Shown piece by piece: positions 50,121 through 60,108 of a stretch of DNA of 64,000 nt. A program made the translations under genes and the position numbers. The DNA comes from Candidatus Obscuribacterales bacterium. GTDB taxonomy: Bacteria > Cyanobacteriota > Vampirovibrionia > Obscuribacterales > Obscuribacteraceae. The stretch spans positions 2,912,001 through 2,976,000 of the forward strand of contig CBDDIJ010000003.1 in NCBI GenBank assembly GCA_965228855.1. Direction: 5' to 3'. The notes below the pieces were generated by a model. That model was given only the letters and a program-made list of their open reading frames with translations. It was not told the DNA's origin and ran no database searches. The stretch's first letter is position 1; every line of letters starts with the position of its first letter.

Positions 50121-50599
50121 CCTCCCGCATCAAGTACTCTCCCAATCTAATGGGGACGTGCGTAAAGGAAACATCAAAATTTCAGAACTTTCCGAATTCG
50201 AGTTCTCACCAGGCGGTCTCAGCCGGAAGGCGCGGCACGAAAGCAAAATCAAAGCCGCAATAAAGTGCTGCACCATATTTACGGATTTCGGTCGAAACCC
50301 AGAGGGATTGCGGCTAATTGAAGTGACACGTGCTATGGGTACAGCAAACAGTTAGCGCCCCGCTGGCTAGACGGGGCGCTGACTGGGAGTTCTCATGACA
50401 ATAGCTTACAAACGAAAGCGATTTCCCAAAACCGGAAAAACCCTGGACTAGCCTCAGGAGAAGATACCTTATGGTCTGGAAACTCCAATAAAACATGGCA
50501 CATCTTCTCCATCGACCTCTTTATCTGGAAATTCTTGTGCTATTCTTGACAATCTCAAAAAACGCACTCAATCTGCTGAAATCACGGTATCCCAATTAA

Positions 50600-51571
50600 A
50601 TGGCGCGTCAACATAATCAATCCGACTTCAAAAGCGGATCCGAACTTGCTTCAAACGATATATCAGATCAAATTCGACTGCTCGAGTTGGAATTAGATCG
50701 GCTCAAACTGGCTCAGACTGGAGGCAAGTCCGCTCCACCGGCGGTCCCAGTCCTGCCCGAGACTGAAATATTGTCGCTGGACTTGAAACTACAGCGGCAA
50801 GTTCTCATGCTGATGGAAGCGATGCCGCATATGGTCTGGATTTCAGACAGCGAAGGCAGAGCTACTCAGGCTAATAACAGATTTTACGAGTTCACCGGAC
50901 TTGGCCGTCAGGTCGACGACGGCTGGGCTTGGGTCAATGTCCTCCATCCGGATGATTTGCAAGAAGCTCTCGAACGCGGCAATGAGGCCGCTCTGCAAAA
51001 CCAATCATTTTCAATGGAGTTACGCTGCAAAAATTTAAAGGGCGAATACTATTGGCACCTCATGCATAGTATTCCGTTTCACGACCCTGACACCAATTCT
51101 ACAAAGTGGTTTGGTACCACGGTTAATATCCATCAGCAGAAGCTCACTCAAGAGCATCTGGCAGCAAGCGAGGCGCAATTGCGAACGTTGGCCGATGCGA
51201 TACCTCACATCGTCTTCACCGCTAATCCTGATGGCTCTGTTCTACTCTGGAATCACCGCTTCTTTGAATACAGCGGTTTGACACCGGAACAAAGTCAGAC
51301 GGATGCCTGGTCATTACTCGTCCACCCGCAGGACCGCGCTCCGTACATGAAGCAATTGCAAGAGGTTTTAAAAACCGGAGACACGTTTGAAATGGAGTTC
51401 CGTTTGAAACGAGCGGTCGGCGTCACAAACGCTTCCAGCCAGGGTTATCTATGGCATCTGGCCCGCGCAGTCGCCCAACGCGATCAGTATGGCACCATCA
51501 TCCGATGGTTCGGAACCTGGACAGAGATTGAAGGTCAAAAGCGCAGCCGGAGCGATAAGTCACCGGATTGA
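50600..51571 (+). CDS. tandem PAS/PAC protein without output domain
   Basis: Two units of A(M/I)PH(M/I)V...N.RF.E..G...W...(L/V)HP.D...E.R....G.Y.WH......KW/RWFGT. Confidence 0.85.
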   Translation: MARQHNQSDFKSGSELASNDISDQIRLLELELDRLKLAQTGGKSAPPAVPVLPETEILSLDLKLQRQVLMLMEAMPHMVWISDSEGRATQANNRFYEFTGLGRQVDDGWAWVNVLHPDDLQEALERGNEAALQNQSFSMELRCKNLKGEYYWHLMHSIPFHDPDTNSTKWFGTTVNIHQQKLTQEHLAASEAQLRTLADAIPHIVFTANPDGSVLLWNHRFFEYSGLTPEQSQTDAWSLLVHPQDRAPYMKQLQEVLKTGDTFEMEFRLKRAVGVTNASSQGYLWHLARAVAQRDQYGTIIRWFGTWTEIEGQKRSRSDKSPD

Positions 51572-51666
51572 TTTTTTTTGCCTTCAGGCATTCACCAGAA
51601 GTTCACCATTATGATCTTTAAATTACAAACCTCTTTCCGCTAAGTCTTTCAGCCTGCACTGCGCTT

Positions 51667-51843
51667 TTAGCCGTTGGTCATCGCAGGACCATGTTTCATC
51701 AACGGATGCGAGGTTTCATTTTTGATCTCATTGCTCTGTGTCATGCATAAGACGCCAAACCCTGCGCCGAACACGATTGAGAAGATCAAAATAAATGCTA
51801 GTAAACTGGATTTTCTTTCATTGTCGACGTAACTGTATTGCAT
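51667..51843 (-). CDS. small membrane protein (58 aa)
   Basis: GGAGG RBS, ATG 51843 and a single TM helix. Confidence 0.55.
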   Translation of the reverse strand: MQYSYVDNERKSSLLAFILIFSIVFGAGFGVLCMTQSNEIKNETSHPLMKHGPAMTNG

Positions 51844-52226
51844 TTTCTGCCTCCGGATTTCTCGTCTCATGCCAAGTTGGTACTTCAAACCTTCGAATGT
51901 GTCTAATAATTTTGCGATATCGAAACCTTTTCCAAGCGTGCATCGCAAGCCGCTCACAATCGGGAAACCCGACCGCAACTAAAGCTTTTGACGCATCTTA
52001 CAAATCAGAGTTCCTAAATACTTAGAGAAAACTTTCTTGGATGTCACACAAACCCGGCAAAACGCGGGTGGAGTTGGTGTACATTGATTTGATAGTCGAA
52101 AAAGGTATCTCGATGTTATTTTATAGTCACTCTTTTGAGTGATATCTGGGTTTAACCCGAATGGGGGTTATGTATTACTTTCACCGATGATTAGATCGAG
52201 ATAGAGGTTTTGTTGGGGATAGATGC

Positions 52227-52520
52227 GTGGAAAATTCGGAATATGAGACACTCGTACTAGCTCTGTGCGAGGTCATCAGAGACTGTCGAAAAAAAAGAAA
52301 TCTCTCTCAGAGCGAACTCTCCAGACGAAGCGGGTTGCATCGCTCCTATATTGGAGATCTTGAGCGCGGCGCGAGAAACTTATCAGTAAAAAATATGTTT
52401 CGACTCGCAGCCGCTCTGGATGTTTCGGCGACGGAACTCGTCAAAATGGCAGAACAAAGAATGGACAACAATGAGCTAACGCTCGACCTTACGAGAGTCA
52501 AGCCTGTCCGTTCTGCTTAA
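52227..52520 (+). CDS. XRE-family HTH regulator (RM controller-protein-like)
   Basis: LSQSELSRRSGLHRSYIGDLERGARNLSVKN. Confidence 0.88.
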   Translation: MENSEYETLVLALCEVIRDCRKKRNLSQSELSRRSGLHRSYIGDLERGARNLSVKNMFRLAAALDVSATELVKMAEQRMDNNELTLDLTRVKPVRSA

Positions 52521-52602
52521 GAAGCTCGGCACCACATACAGTGCCTAATTTGCGCGATGAGAAAATTAGCAGCTCCTTGAGAGCATAAGCCTTTTGCAAA
52601 GG

Positions 52603-53238
52603 TCAACGGTCAGCTCCACAGCCACCGGAATCGCAGCTTGCTCGATTTTGGACGGCATCGCTGAGGATGCTGTGTTTGACACCCAGGGCATTGCACGACT
52701 CGTATCCGTTAAGCGCGCACTGACGGCGGCAGAGGACGGTATGGCAGAGGGCTGGATAAAGATTTAGCTTGAGCCACATGTCGAAGTGCTCCTGCGGACT
52801 GGCGAGCCGGTACGTGAAATAGTCGTCTGCATGCGCTACCGAGCCCTCAGTCGAACCATCAGGGCTTGCAACTGATGAACTGCAGCACTGGGGATGAGAA
52901 GCGGATGCTCGCCCGCCGGCGTTTCTATCCGATGTCGCGGAGCAGCTTCGGGCCGATTTAGAGCACGAGTCTTCTTTCGGAGCGACTGAATCTCGTTCAA
53001 GAGAAGCACTTGAGCGATGTTCGCAACTGACCGGTCGGTCTATTCGAGTTGCAGATCGTTCAAAACCCGAAGCTGTTTTCAAACGAAGAGAAGCAGCTAA
53101 ATTTGCGGCTCTTGCGTGATTCGCTTTGACATGCGAAAACGATTCTTCAGATGCAGCAGCTCGGTTTAAACCAACACAAGAAAACACGAGTATAAGCAAA
53201 GAGGACGAGACTGCGCGAAAGTAAGTAGCGCTGCACAC
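52603..53238 (-). CDS. Cys-rich secreted hypothetical protein
   Basis: AGGAG RBS just after the upstream stop; signal-like N-terminus; many Cys residues. Confidence 0.5.
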   Translation of the reverse strand: MCSATYFRAVSSSLLILVFSCVGLNRAAASEESFSHVKANHARAANLAASLRLKTASGFERSATRIDRPVSCEHRSSASLERDSVAPKEDSCSKSARSCSATSDRNAGGRASASHPQCCSSSVASPDGSTEGSVAHADDYFTYRLASPQEHFDMWLKLNLYPALCHTVLCRRQCALNGYESCNALGVKHSILSDAVQNRASCDSGGCGADR

Positions 53239-53247
53239 ACTAAACTC

Positions 53248-54357
53248 CTAGAATCTCAGGAAGTGGCACGCGGGGCAATGCAAGCCGGTTCCGCTAAGAG
53301 CTGCGCGCACTCCGACACGAAGAGCCGCATTCAGGGTCGCGCCGGCGACGCGTCTGCCACCCCCGCCGGAACGCTGGCTAACAGAAAGTGTCGGCGGCGG
53401 ACTCGAGTTCAAGACATTGTAGGTCCCAACATTCGTACCACCAACGCCTGCGAGCGCAGCGTTTTGCGTAGAGCTCAATTGAAATGGTCCATTGCTGGTT
53501 GCAGGTAACACAGGCGGCGGATCGCTAAATTGTGAAATCTGAGGAGTTTCCGGCGCATTGACTCCGAGCAGAGGAGGCTCCGAAAATTCAGCGGTCGGAT
53601 TGGGATTGCTGAACATCGTCGGAGGATGACGGAAGTTGCTGCTCCAACGACCGATGTCAGTGCGCCCGCTGGCAGCGCCTCCATCATAACCGTTCCCAAT
53701 ACTTTCCGAGTTGATTTGAGCATTGACACTGCCCTGACCCGATGCCAGGCGACTCTCCATTGAATCGACCGCTTCCTTCAGCGATTTGTCTTGCGGCATG
53801 AGCGCGAGTCCGGCACGATATTGAGTAAGTGCATCGACCAGGTCTCCCCGCCCCTCCGCGAGTGCGCCCAAGTTGAAAAACGCATCAGGGTTTCGCGGAT
53901 CCATCGCTACCGCTTGCTTGAAAAGACGCTCGGCATCAGCATATTCCCCGATTCTGTGCAAGCGCGCCCCCTCTTTCAGGAAGCGCTTCGAACGCATCTT
54001 ATTGGTTTCTACAGGCGGTGCAGTACGAGGTTTATTGCCTTCATCCAAACTAGCCTTCATAGGACTCATCAGGGAAGCCGCAGCGCGTTTCTTTTCGGCG
54101 GTTGTGACCGCATGACCGGAAGCGACTTTGGAATGCCCGGTCTTCGAGGAAACCTTGCCGCTAGACGTCGAGGCCGACGTTTTAGCCGCTCCGGCTGCTT
54201 TCACAGGTTTACCAGAAGAAGTGCCGGAATGAGAATCAGCAGCTTCGCTCTCACTGGAGTTAAAACCAACAGCAGCGCAGGTAACCACTACCGCGAGTCG
54301 AAGACATATTCGAGCCCCCTGGAGCTCTCCGACAAAAGCCTGCCGCAATCTCTTCAT
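53248..54357 (-). CDS. secreted TPR protein
   Basis: Signal peptide; TPRs AERLFKQAVAMDPRNPDAFFNLGAL; C-terminal CPAC. Confidence 0.75.
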   Translation of the reverse strand: MKRLRQAFVGELQGARICLRLAVVVTCAAVGFNSSESEAADSHSGTSSGKPVKAAGAAKTSASTSSGKVSSKTGHSKVASGHAVTTAEKKRAAASLMSPMKASLDEGNKPRTAPPVETNKMRSKRFLKEGARLHRIGEYADAERLFKQAVAMDPRNPDAFFNLGALAEGRGDLVDALTQYRAGLALMPQDKSLKEAVDSMESRLASGQGSVNAQINSESIGNGYDGGAASGRTDIGRWSSNFRHPPTMFSNPNPTAEFSEPPLLGVNAPETPQISQFSDPPPVLPATSNGPFQLSSTQNAALAGVGGTNVGTYNVLNSSPPPTLSVSQRSGGGGRRVAGATLNAALRVGVRAALSGTGLHCPACHFLRF

Positions 54358-54601
54358 CTGAAGCCTCCTGGTCGAAAAAATGACCAGACAATTCCACCCG
54401 GATACCTTACGGAGAACTCCTGAAAATTAGGAGTGATTTAGAATATATATTCCACAGCGTCTGTCACTCGTAGCAGACGATCGGAATGTCAGCCCTGATG
54501 AAAGACCTCCTGAGCCTGCTGAAGGAAATCAAGCTTTGGAATTCTACTGAAAGAAACACGACGATTTCTGGACAGGTTTGTTTCCGCGCTGCGGTTTAAA
54601 C

Positions 54602-56299
54602 CTAACGTCGGCTTCCCGAGAGTTCATTCGCTTGCGGTGAACGCACACTATAAGGCGGCTCAGTGAGGGCACGGTTGATACTACTCAAGCCATCATACAG
54701 TTGGGACACGAACGCACGCGCGTCGAATGTCTCTGGCTTCAGACTCGGGTGAACTTGATACCAGTCAGGGTAGTCGTGAACCTCGCTGATGTAGGCGCCA
54801 GCCCAGCGATCGGCCAGCCCAAGGACTATCGCGTAAGACAAATATTGGTCGAAAGCATTTGGATTTTCGCACGCAAACTTTTGCAGATCATTCTGATCGC
54901 CGGAGCGCAAAGCGCGTTGAAAGCGTTTCAACTGGCTGCAAGCGGACACGCCTTTGGATGTCCGCCGCGGCATCGCACCGGAAGCCAGAAGAATGACCAG
55001 ACCTGACAGGATCATGCCGATTGATGTAGCTTGCCCACCGGCATGGTACATCGAGATAACTAAGAAGCACACACCAACAGTGACGATCGATGCGCCGCCA
55101 GATATGAAGTTCTTTCGATCGATTTCAGGATCACGAGCGAACAGTCCCTCTGTCACAAGGTTCGAATAAATTTGTCGCTTGAGCATTGGTATATATTCAG
55201 CAAAGTTTCCTTTGACCGCAGACAGATATGTGGTGGTTGATAGTCCGCCGAACAAACCGGTTAAAAACAGCTGCTCATGAGGTTTCAGCTCCCTATCCTG
55301 TATCGATTTGATCAGAGTGAATTCGTAATCCTTGGTGTCCAGATACAGAAATCCGTTGTAGGGGACAACTCGAATCTTTATAAATCCTCGAGCGGCTAAA
55401 TCAATAACCGTTGACACTATGTCTGTGAGATCGCAACTCTCATCGATCAACGTACCGGCTTCCGCTGGAGTTATGAAATTTGGTGGCAAGGTGTTTGGGC
55501 TCTCATCCTTCTTCTCGCCCGGATCGCGACCGTACAACCACCACCATGCGCTCAATAAGATCACGGTCGCTACCGGCAGAACAAATACCTGATAAAACTT
55601 CTGAAGATACGCCACGGTATCGAATAACACCGAATGTGGTATCACACTTCCTTTCGGCAAATCAACAGCGACGGTTAATCCTTGAGATGGATTTAGTTTT
55701 TGTGCATTAAACTGAATGGACTCACCGCTTTCAGAAGCAGTGACGGCTTGAGCCTTTCCGTTGGCATCTACCACCGCTGATGACCTCACGCGACTCATGT
55801 CTGTGCCTTTAGGCGGCTTGACGGTCACGGAAACATTTTCGATTGGAAATGGGCTCTGTTCTCCGGTTACATTGATCAGAAGCTGCGGAGATCCATTGAC
55901 GAAATGAACGCCTCGGAAGATCTCATACTCAATTCGAAACTTATGTTCGCCTTGCAACGGTTTAACTGGATCACCGACGCGCAAGAAAAGATCGCGACCA
56001 GATATCCAGCTCTGAAACGGAATTGGAACGTTCTCATCCATCACAACGTTTTTTACGTTGACGTCTACGACGTGGAAGTCTCCTGATGGTTCATACCAGA
56101 TTGGCAGAACTCGATAAAATTGGTTTCTCTGTCCCTTGGGAGGGAAATCGATCTGCAGGTCTTCAATGACAGAAACGTTTCCGGAAGCCGATACGTTTAA
56201 CTGAGAGTCGAGATTCTTGATCGATTGCGCTTGCGCATTGCCTGCTACCGTGAGCAGCGAGACAGTGATTAGAGAACAAATGAATATAAACCTTCTCAA
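54602..56299 (-). CDS. DUF2207 family membrane protein
   Basis: Signal peptide, beta-rich ectodomain, GRDP, TPAEAGTLID, DLAARGFIKI and LSYAIVLGLADRW. Confidence 0.85.
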   Translation of the reverse strand: MRRFIFICSLITVSLLTVAGNAQAQSIKNLDSQLNVSASGNVSVIEDLQIDFPPKGQRNQFYRVLPIWYEPSGDFHVVDVNVKNVVMDENVPIPFQSWISGRDLFLRVGDPVKPLQGEHKFRIEYEIFRGVHFVNGSPQLLINVTGEQSPFPIENVSVTVKPPKGTDMSRVRSSAVVDANGKAQAVTASESGESIQFNAQKLNPSQGLTVAVDLPKGSVIPHSVLFDTVAYLQKFYQVFVLPVATVILLSAWWWLYGRDPGEKKDESPNTLPPNFITPAEAGTLIDESCDLTDIVSTVIDLAARGFIKIRVVPYNGFLYLDTKDYEFTLIKSIQDRELKPHEQLFLTGLFGGLSTTTYLSAVKGNFAEYIPMLKRQIYSNLVTEGLFARDPEIDRKNFISGGASIVTVGVCFLVISMYHAGGQATSIGMILSGLVILLASGAMPRRTSKGVSACSQLKRFQRALRSGDQNDLQKFACENPNAFDQYLSYAIVLGLADRWAGAYISEVHDYPDWYQVHPSLKPETFDARAFVSQLYDGLSSINRALTEPPYSVRSPQANELSGSRR

Positions 56300-56409
56300 A
56301 CAGCTTGTCCTCTTGGAAAGAGATCTCGCCCAGACGCGGTCATTATAGAGTATCCTGTAGGGACTGCACTAAGTAGTCGAGCCGTATATTCTGGTTTTCG
56401 CCGTATCTC

Positions 56410-58020
56410 ATGTTGAAGTCGAAAATCTCACTAGTTTTATCAAGCGCAATCGTACTTGCGTCCGCAAATTCTGCGGCTTCGCAGGACCAGGCGCTGACGA
56501 TCGCATCGCCATTCAAGAAAGACGAACAACCTGCCGGCCAACCAGATAAAGGCCATCTTGAGGATACGAATCAAACCGGAGATGTCGACTCACGAAAGAC
56601 TGAGCCCAAGAAGCAGTCCGCTCCACCGCAGGAAGGCCGCGTCGAGGCTGAGGTTGTTCTTAACTCTTCAGCCTGGGATAAGTATTACCGCAGCGGCATA
56701 AGCGCTCTTGCGGACCGCCGCTTCGACCATGCGGAGCAAATGCTTCTCAAGTCGCTCAAAGAATCAAAAGTCGCGGGTGTTCCTCAAGCAAATTTGACCT
56801 TGAGCAGACTCTCGCTTGCAGAATTATATTTGAAACAATCGAGATATTCAGAAGCACACACACTTTATGAGTCAACGCTCCAGCGGGCACAAGCGGCTTT
56901 TGGAAATAGTTCAATGGAAGTGGCCGAGTGTTACTACGGTCTTGCATATACGGAGATCAAATTCGATAAAGAGAAGCAGGCGAAGGAACATGCAGATATC
57001 GCCATCCAAATTCTCAAAGACCTCGGCAAGACAGATTCGGAATTGTACGGGCTAACCCTGCATACCATGGGTCTAATCATGGCTAAGCACGGCTGGACCG
57101 ATGACGCAAAGCCACTTTTCACTCTTGCGAGAAAAACCCTCGAGCGTCACCCTGGAAATAAGAAGTTAGATCTTGCGGAAGCACTTCGCGAGCAGTCTCT
57201 CTTCTATCACAGCCTCGGAGATCGGCATACCGCCCACGATTTGTATGAAACATCGTACAAGATCAGAGAGTCGAACGTAGTGGCTAGTCAGCCGGCGTCC
57301 ATCGTAGGTGAAGTTCGTTTTGCCTGGGAGCCAGGTTCGTCACGTGCTCAGGAGATCATCGACAACGATTTCCCTTTCCGGTACATGTCCGCGCACGGCA
57401 TCCGTGTTGCCTGCACCGTCGTTGATCTCTGGGAGTTGCTTGCCATTCTCGTTACGGTTACAAACGTCGGAGAAAAGCAAGAAGAGTTCGAACTTGGAAA
57501 AATCATTCTTGAACGAAAAAGCGCTGACATCTCCAATCGCTCTCGAGAGGTCCCAGTCGTCGATCACCAGCGCATCGACAGAATCGGAAAAGAGCGCAAT
57601 ATGTGGGACTTAACTCATACCCGCCCGTGGCTCGCCAACATTCAAAAGACGAGAACAGTGAGAGGCTTAGTTCCACCAAACGGTCATGATCTGTTCATGG
57701 GACCGAACGTGTTTGGTGTGTACGGCGAATGGAAGGCGATATCGCATATAGTACCAGAGCGTGTAGGTGTGATGCCATCAAGAGAACATCTCGTCGCCGT
57801 GCAATCAACCGCCGTAGATCTGCCGGGTCTGGTAAGACCAAGCAAAGCAAAAATGAGCGGTCTCATTCCGGTTTGGTTGGAGCCGTATGAATCACGCACG
57901 GGTGAGCAGTTTTATTTAAACCCTCGAGACGCTGATATCATCATCAAGGTGCCGGTCGGAAACGCTATCTTCGAGTTTCCATTTCACACGCGCAAAATCA
58001 AGATTCCACGTTCGATCTAA
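56410..58020 (+). CDS. secreted TPR protein with unknown C-terminal domain
   Basis: Signal peptide, TPR array (LAELYLKQSRYSEA...) and an unrecognised beta-rich C-terminal half. Confidence 0.7.
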   Translation: MLKSKISLVLSSAIVLASANSAASQDQALTIASPFKKDEQPAGQPDKGHLEDTNQTGDVDSRKTEPKKQSAPPQEGRVEAEVVLNSSAWDKYYRSGISALADRRFDHAEQMLLKSLKESKVAGVPQANLTLSRLSLAELYLKQSRYSEAHTLYESTLQRAQAAFGNSSMEVAECYYGLAYTEIKFDKEKQAKEHADIAIQILKDLGKTDSELYGLTLHTMGLIMAKHGWTDDAKPLFTLARKTLERHPGNKKLDLAEALREQSLFYHSLGDRHTAHDLYETSYKIRESNVVASQPASIVGEVRFAWEPGSSRAQEIIDNDFPFRYMSAHGIRVACTVVDLWELLAILVTVTNVGEKQEEFELGKIILERKSADISNRSREVPVVDHQRIDRIGKERNMWDLTHTRPWLANIQKTRTVRGLVPPNGHDLFMGPNVFGVYGEWKAISHIVPERVGVMPSREHLVAVQSTAVDLPGLVRPSKAKMSGLIPVWLEPYESRTGEQFYLNPRDADIIIKVPVGNAIFEFPFHTRKIKIPRSI

Positions 58021-58286
58021 CGATTGAGACACGAGAGCGCTGCGCAAAGCATCAGTTTCTGCAGTGCAAAAACACGTCAAAACATCAATATCAAAACCTC
58101 TGAAGAAGCGCATGGTTTGTCAAACATGCGCCCATTGTGCTTCAACGAATTTATTTAAACTTTTGTCGAAACACGACTCGAAGTGTATAGACTCAGACAC
58201 GCAAATTGACGTAGTAAGGGGCTGGGGAGCTACCTGACCGTTAAATAAATATGGTCTCTTTTTGGATTCCTAAGGAGGATCACCCC

Positions 58287-59162
58287 ATGTCTCAATCGTC
58301 AAACTTCGAAGCTTCTTCAGATGGACTCATAATGGGCGGCTTAGCTGCCGGCTCTCATGATGCTAGAAAAACACTTTCAGAGGAGTTTTCAGCAACTTTT
58401 GCCGACGCGTTAAAAAAACTGACCGCACCTAATCCCGATGCGCAGCCGGATAATACACCGAACAGACAACATTCGCAGCTGCAGTCGGAGGGCAGTTCTT
58501 CTGAAGTTCAGCGAGCAGAGAACACAGCGCCATCACTGATTGATGCGGCCAAACGAGCCGCACAGAATGCAATTGAAAGCGGCAGCGCAAAAAAGAACGG
58601 TTCAACAGATATAGAAAACGGAATGCTGAGTAAACTCTCAGACCGGCTAGACAATTCAATCTTAGAGAAGAAGATCTTCAACCCGTCATACGAAGTCACG
58701 GATAGAGATAGACAGCTAGCAAAGGAAAAACTTTCTAGAGGTTTGAGTGACTTGATCCCGGAAGCCGATCGCAAGCTTCTCAAGCAAATGCAGCACGCTG
58801 TTATAGATGGCGATGTTGAAGCGATGAAGAAGGGGTTAAACCAACTTGCTGACGATCCAGCAAGGATGGAGCGGTTCATCAAGGCGTTAAATTCACAGCT
58901 TAACGGAATTGAACTTTCGAAAGACGGAAAGGGAAACGTTCTCATGTACGCAAAACGTGGAAACACCGCGCTGTCAATCAACCCGGATAGCGGTGAAACA
59001 AGCGTTCGCGCAGTGGAACGGCAAGCCGATGGAAGTGTACTCTTAAAACCAGGCGAAATAATAAATCGCACCGCATCCGGTATCATGCAATCGCTGGGTG
59101 ATAACGTCACGCGCAACTTGACTGGATGGTACAATCGGCTCGACTCTAAACATGAGAAATAA
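58287..59162 (+). CDS. hypothetical protein
   Basis: AAGGAGG RBS before ATG 58287; no motif recognised. Confidence 0.65.
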   Translation: MSQSSNFEASSDGLIMGGLAAGSHDARKTLSEEFSATFADALKKLTAPNPDAQPDNTPNRQHSQLQSEGSSSEVQRAENTAPSLIDAAKRAAQNAIESGSAKKNGSTDIENGMLSKLSDRLDNSILEKKIFNPSYEVTDRDRQLAKEKLSRGLSDLIPEADRKLLKQMQHAVIDGDVEAMKKGLNQLADDPARMERFIKALNSQLNGIELSKDGKGNVLMYAKRGNTALSINPDSGETSVRAVERQADGSVLLKPGEIINRTASGIMQSLGDNVTRNLTGWYNRLDSKHEK

Positions 59163-59262
59163 ACTGGCCGTGAATTGAAGCTTGTTCATCAAGCAACTCA
59201 AGAAGAAAATCTAGATGGAAGCGGCATCGCCGATGGAATCGTGAAGGAGAAGATGAACGAAT

Positions 59263-60108
59263 TCACGCTTCCATCGCGGCTTCTCTAGTCGTATCGTATT
59301 CACGAATGCAATGTTCGAAACCGTCTCGATACGAAGGGAATCGAAGGGAAATACCAAGGTCGCTCAACACCTTTCGAGGGTTGATTTGTCTATTTCCTTG
59401 CTGCGTGATATGTGCTTGTTCAATCGGAATCGAAGGTGGCAATTCCAGGCGAAGTCGATCACAAAGCCACTGCACGACTTCGATTTGAGGACAAGGCGTT
59501 TCATCACCAACCACGTAGGTGGCTCCGCATGGCGCAAGGAGCAACGCTTTTAAAACGATCGCCGCAAGATCATCGAGATGTATGCGCGATGAATATCTCG
59601 TGCCGTCACCGGGGAGCCTGAATTTCCCGGCAAGCAGACTCCTGTGCATACCGTAGTTCGTATCGTACAAAGCGGGAGCACGCAAAACGATTGCACCGCA
59701 CTCCTGCCAGCTGCGTTCCGCACGAAGTCGCGCGGTTGTAGCAGGATTTCCGGAATCAACCGGCGAAGCTTCATCTATGATACCGGATAAGCCACCATAC
59801 ACACCCGTACTCGAGATGTATACGATTTTCGCCGCAGTCGAAACTGTCTCAGAAAGTACGCTATCAGAAACTTCGTCCGGTGGAAAACTTGCAACGACGT
59901 GAGAGTCCATTGCAATCTCACGAATTTTCACTAATGACTCAGGGAACATCGCGTCACACAATATCGGCGTTATCTGCCGATCCAGGAGATATGGCATTTT
60001 TTCCGGCTGACGCGTGGTACCATATATGGTTTCATAAGAACCATGAGCAGCTTTATTGACAGCCAGTGCGGCGTTTCCTACGCCCAATAGCAAAAGGGTT
60101 TTGATCAC
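59263..60108 (-). CDS. NAD(P)-dependent epimerase/atypical SDR (YeeZ-like)
   Basis: GTTR, YISSTGVYG, RLRAE, SRIHLDDLA and FPSYRDG motifs. The GTG start overlaps the upstream TAG. Confidence 0.85.
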   Translation of the reverse strand: MIKTLLLLGVGNAALAVNKAAHGSYETIYGTTRQPEKMPYLLDRQITPILCDAMFPESLVKIREIAMDSHVVASFPPDEVSDSVLSETVSTAAKIVYISSTGVYGGLSGIIDEASPVDSGNPATTARLRAERSWQECGAIVLRAPALYDTNYGMHRSLLAGKFRLPGDGTRYSSRIHLDDLAAIVLKALLLAPCGATYVVGDETPCPQIEVVQWLCDRLRLELPPSIPIEQAHITQQGNRQINPRKVLSDLGISLRFPSYRDGFEHCIREYDTTREAAMEA

